DNA of 64,000 nt, from assembly GCA_963691875.1 (NCBI GenBank), contig OY829846.1, positions 2,368,001 through 2,432,000 of the forward strand. The letters run 5' to 3'. The translations under genes and the position numbers were made by a program. Of the stretch, positions 63,291 through 64,000 are shown piece after piece (position 1 is the first letter of the stretch; the number at the start of each line of letters is the position of its first letter). The notes beneath the pieces were generated by a model. It searched no databases and was not told the DNA's origin. It saw only the letters and a program-made list of their open reading frames with translations. This DNA comes from Aureliella sp. Its GTDB lineage: Bacteria > Planctomycetota > Planctomycetia > Pirellulales > Pirellulaceae.

Positions 63291-63860
63291 ATGGCTATTT
63301 CTTACTCGCAAGACGCCTTACGGCGATACAGCTCACTGAACAATTTTCTGAGCCAGCGGACAATACATACGCGCGAGGCGTTCTGGATCTTCTATCCGAT
63401 CGAGTTACGACGTCTGATGGAACTCCCAAGCGGTCCGATGTTGATTTACTGCGCTTTGTGGTGCAAGAATCAGTTGCCTGAAGATGCTTCATTTGAGTTT
63501 GATAAAAAATTGCGATCTCAGCTCCGACCCTTGCTCGGACCCCTAGAACATATTGAAGCAACGCAACGTCTCTTTCTATTCGACCGCGCCACAGAGACGT
63601 TTGAGGCGTATCACCCGAAAACTATGGAAAAAGCAGTGCTGCTCGAGCTCTGTAAACGAGGAGGTGAAGAAAACCTGTTTCAGTGGATATGGAGTCGCTC
63701 AATCCGCAATGTATTGACACCACAAGACTTGCCCAGAGCCCGATTCGCAAGCGCTATTGAGCTGGGCAAAGGCGTCGAGTATTTGCTGTCTTACCTTTGC
63801 CTGGCAAGCACCACGGAGAGCATGGCCGAGTTCGCCTTCCAACGTGCAGCGGCGAGTTGA
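63291..63860 (+). CDS. Hypothetical protein
   Basis: ~190-aa ORF with protein-like composition downstream of panC; no motif recognised. Confidence 0.6.
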   Translation: MAISYSQDALRRYSSLNNFLSQRTIHTREAFWIFYPIELRRLMELPSGPMLIYCALWCKNQLPEDASFEFDKKLRSQLRPLLGPLEHIEATQRLFLFDRATETFEAYHPKTMEKAVLLELCKRGGEENLFQWIWSRSIRNVLTPQDLPRARFASAIELGKGVEYLLSYLCLASTTESMAEFAFQRAAAS

Positions 63861-64000
63861 GGATTAGAACATGCGACACTGCAAGATCCCGAAACTCTAG
63901 ACTGAGAAGGCTTTCTCACTTCCGTTGAACTCGCCGCTCAACTAGCCCCGCGAGCTCGAAGCGACTTGCTGATGTCCTCATTCGGACTGTTGCAGCAGAT

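Noticed and set aside
1..64000. CRISPR arrays, tRNA/rRNA genes, integrases or transposases, inteins in RpoB/RpoC
   Set aside because: No repeat-spacer periodicity, tRNA arms, recombinase motifs or intein-like insertions found by eye; a tool-based scan could still detect weak cases

Overview
Bacterial chromosomal window, most likely from a planctomycete (Pirellulales-like). This is inferred from the ribosomal-protein extensions, the aroD-aroE fusion, four sulfatases and the zinc-ribbon and vWA membrane proteins. Layout: 1-2.0 kb is decayed DNA. 2.1-17.2 kb is the S10-spc-alpha ribosomal protein cluster (rpsJ to rplQ, plus an rpmG missed by the ORF track); it lacks rpmD, map, infA, rpmJ and rpsD and has two clear sigma70 promoters and a terminator. 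17.3-22.9 kb is an esterase/glycosidase islet. 23.7-32.3 kb is a stand-alone rpoBC unit whose beta' subunit ends in a ~165-aa acidic tail with Ser/Thr-Pro repeats. 32.7-64 kb is a mixed metabolic region: sulfatases, peptidases, a BVMO, glnE, trpG/pabA, aroDE and panC. It also holds a three-gene terpenoid cassette: a divergent class II squalene-hopene-cyclase-like enzyme, a DUF116-like/polyprenyl synthase fusion and a chorismate-lyase-like protein. That cassette is the best candidate for an uncharacterised pathway; the RpoC tail is the second. No CRISPR array, tRNA, rRNA or intact mobile element was seen. All assignments come from reading motifs by eye; no searches were run.
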